Shown here piece after piece: positions 61,893 to 64,000 of a stretch of DNA of 64,000 nt. The DNA is from Flaccisagitta enflata. Lineage: Eukaryota. The notes under the pieces are model-generated. The model did no database searches. It was not told the DNA's origin and saw only the letters and a list, made by a program, of their open reading frames with translations. The stretch's first letter is position 1; each line of letters begins with the position of its first letter. The stretch is from positions 42,656,001 to 42,720,000 of the forward strand of contig OZ231126.1 of assembly GCA_965153355.1 (NCBI GenBank), in the 5' to 3' direction. Both the position numbers and the translations under genes were made by a program.

Positions 61893-62525
61893 TGAAAGTT
61901 AAGAATGCTCTTCATCACTCCCCTATATCGTCCGATTTGGTTCAAAATTAGTTCGAAATTCGAACTTCCAGTACTTATCTTGTTTTGACTTGTGACCTGG
62001 CCCGAGTGTAAAACCGGAAGTTCGTTACGCGTGCGGAAGGGGCAACCACTCATGACCGAATTTCGAATTAATTTTGAACCAAATCGGACGAAATACACTT
62101 TTTTTTAAAATAAGAGACAACTGGGTGTTCTTAAATTTTCATCCATTTTCAGCTTGAAATTCTCTTAAAGTGTTCTTAATTTCTTGGATGTATATTAATC
62201 GTGTAAAAATACCTTATTTATAACAACTGTATCTTAAACTTGATAGTTATCATGTTTTTTTTAAATAATGCCTGATTTTATGGGCAAACTAAAAAAAACA
62301 GTTTTTTTCAAAAGATAAAAGGCCTATATTTCTGAAAAATTAATTCTTTAGACAAGAAACTAAAAAAAAGTTCCTTTGAAATTGGCCAAAATTGAATGTT
62401 AGCCTGGGCATTCTCTTATTTTGTTCCTAAAATTTTAGCAAATCTCAGGCTCATGTCTCTTATAAACTGGTCTCTTATAAAAGAAAAAAGTGTATGGGAG
62501 TGATGAAGAGCATTCTTAACTTTCA
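61893..62525. mobile_element. Palindromic MITE interrupted by a TA-flanked MITE (62096-62492)
   Basis: TGAAAGTTAAGAATGCTCTTCATCACTCCC inverted at 62496-62525; inner arms CGTCCGATTTGGTTCAAAATTA; insert TIR CACTTTTTT..TAAGAGAC. Confidence 0.8.
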
Positions 62526-63754
62526 AATTCAAACTCAGTTCTAACTGTAGCAGAGAGCCTGAGAGAGGTCATCGCACATCACTACGCCCCACAACGAGAA
62601 ATAGCACTTCATCAGTGATTGAATAAGTAACCTGGGGTTATAATATCGTTGCGGACGGGTGGGCAGGGGCGTACAACTCCCCAGTCCACACACACACACC
62701 CTGAAATGTGCGTTTCTTCAATTTTTTACGCATGCGTTTCGGACCAACAGATGGACGGACAGACAAAGCCTCTTACAAAGTTGCGTGTCTCCTTTTAAAA
62801 ACCCGGTTGCTCAACGAAGTTTCGCCATGTTACCAGGAATGCGGAAGCGGTTGACCGCTTCCAATGGCCCGACCGTTGGGTGGAATGGTTAGTATTTGAA
62901 CTGCAAAATTGAATCAAAAGCGGCATGAAAATGGACCGCTTCCACGCCCTTGTTCAAAATAAATGCGATTTGAAAAGAAAATCTACTGTGCCGATTAATT
63001 GTTGCCAATCAGTATTTTTTTTGTCACGGACTCTATACGGTGCCGTGTCGGTCAGTCCATCGGCCTTTTTTGAGGGAATTTTTTGCCATTCGTAGGTGCG
63101 TCTGTGATATGTATGAGCATAACTGAGCATGTTTTCTTGTACTGCTCCTGCCTAACCGTCCGCGACGGTGTTGCGCTTGTTTGATCACCTCTCAATTGTA
63201 TTTGAATGTTCCCTAAAGGCCTAACTAGCTTTTTACAAAAACGTTTTCGTATAATCGGTATTCATTTGGAACTTGTCTTGCTACGTCGCTCTCGCAACAA
63301 TTTTATTTTCAAAGCTTTTTGAATACAAGTGGGAAGGGGGCCTTGCTTTTTATTCACATTAAAGTAACAGAATCGATTATAAGATTAACGACTGTTAAAA
63401 AGTAAAGGAAAAGCGATGAAATGTGAACTGAGTAGGATGACAAACAAGAATTAGTTGACCCCTTGGTCGACAATAAAAATGTAGAAGCAAGAGGTCGAGG
63501 CTTAGAAATGGCTGGCATTCCTTTCTTAAGTCGCGAATTAGCTCTGTCAGTCTGTCCGTCGGTCCGTGGGTCCATCAGAAATGGATAGACGGATGCATCG
63601 TTTGTCATTTTTTTAGCGGACAGTGATGACCAAAGGAAATAAAGGGGAATGAAATATTGCGAATAGCGAAAAAAAGCAACAAAGGGTCTAAACGAAACTA
63701 ACTGTGGTGAAGGGGATGGATGAAGTGAGGGGTTTGATGGAATGGGTGTGGGAC

Positions 63755-63757
<3 letters not shown>

Positions 63758-63824
<67 letters not shown>

Positions 63825-63895
63825 AGAGAGAGACTTATGGAGGAGACTTATGGAGACTTATGGAGACTTATGGAGACTTATGGAGACTTATGGAG
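63758..63895. repeat. (GA)n followed by a 10-bp repeat GGAGACTTAT
   Basis: Directly visible. Confidence 0.9.
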
Positions 63896-64000
63896 GAGAA
63901 GGAGAGCCGCGGCCACGTGGGGAGCGAGATCTGGACCTTGGAGACCTGGACCTAAATCGATCATATCTGCCCTTATTACTCGGAGAAGGACTTCTCCTTC

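Overview
Eukaryotic (animal-like), repeat-dense genomic DNA with no sign of prokaryotic genes, rRNA/tRNA or CRISPR. Bases 1-7886 are most of a BEL/Pao LTR retrotransposon (gag-protease-RT-RNase H-integrase, PPT, 3' LTR); the 5' LTR lies outside the window and local frameshifts or noisy stretches break pol. One host-like coding segment (17489-~18424) has an N-terminus resembling the dimerisation half of a MADS/SRF box. The rest is mostly non-autonomous DNA transposons and simple repeats: many Helentron/DINE-1-like (HINE) elements in several subfamilies, two of which have tandemly amplified their own terminal hairpin (4.1 kb and 0.9 kb arrays), plus TIR MITEs with 2, 3, 4, 5, 8 and 9 bp target duplications, often nested. 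The most notable item is a 472-bp CAC...GTG element with a CGTCG 5-bp TSD and asymmetric, RSS-like bipartite ends (Transib/RAG-like). Almost all other ORFs in the track are microsatellite or repeat artefacts. All family assignments come from structure and motifs read by eye; no database search was run.
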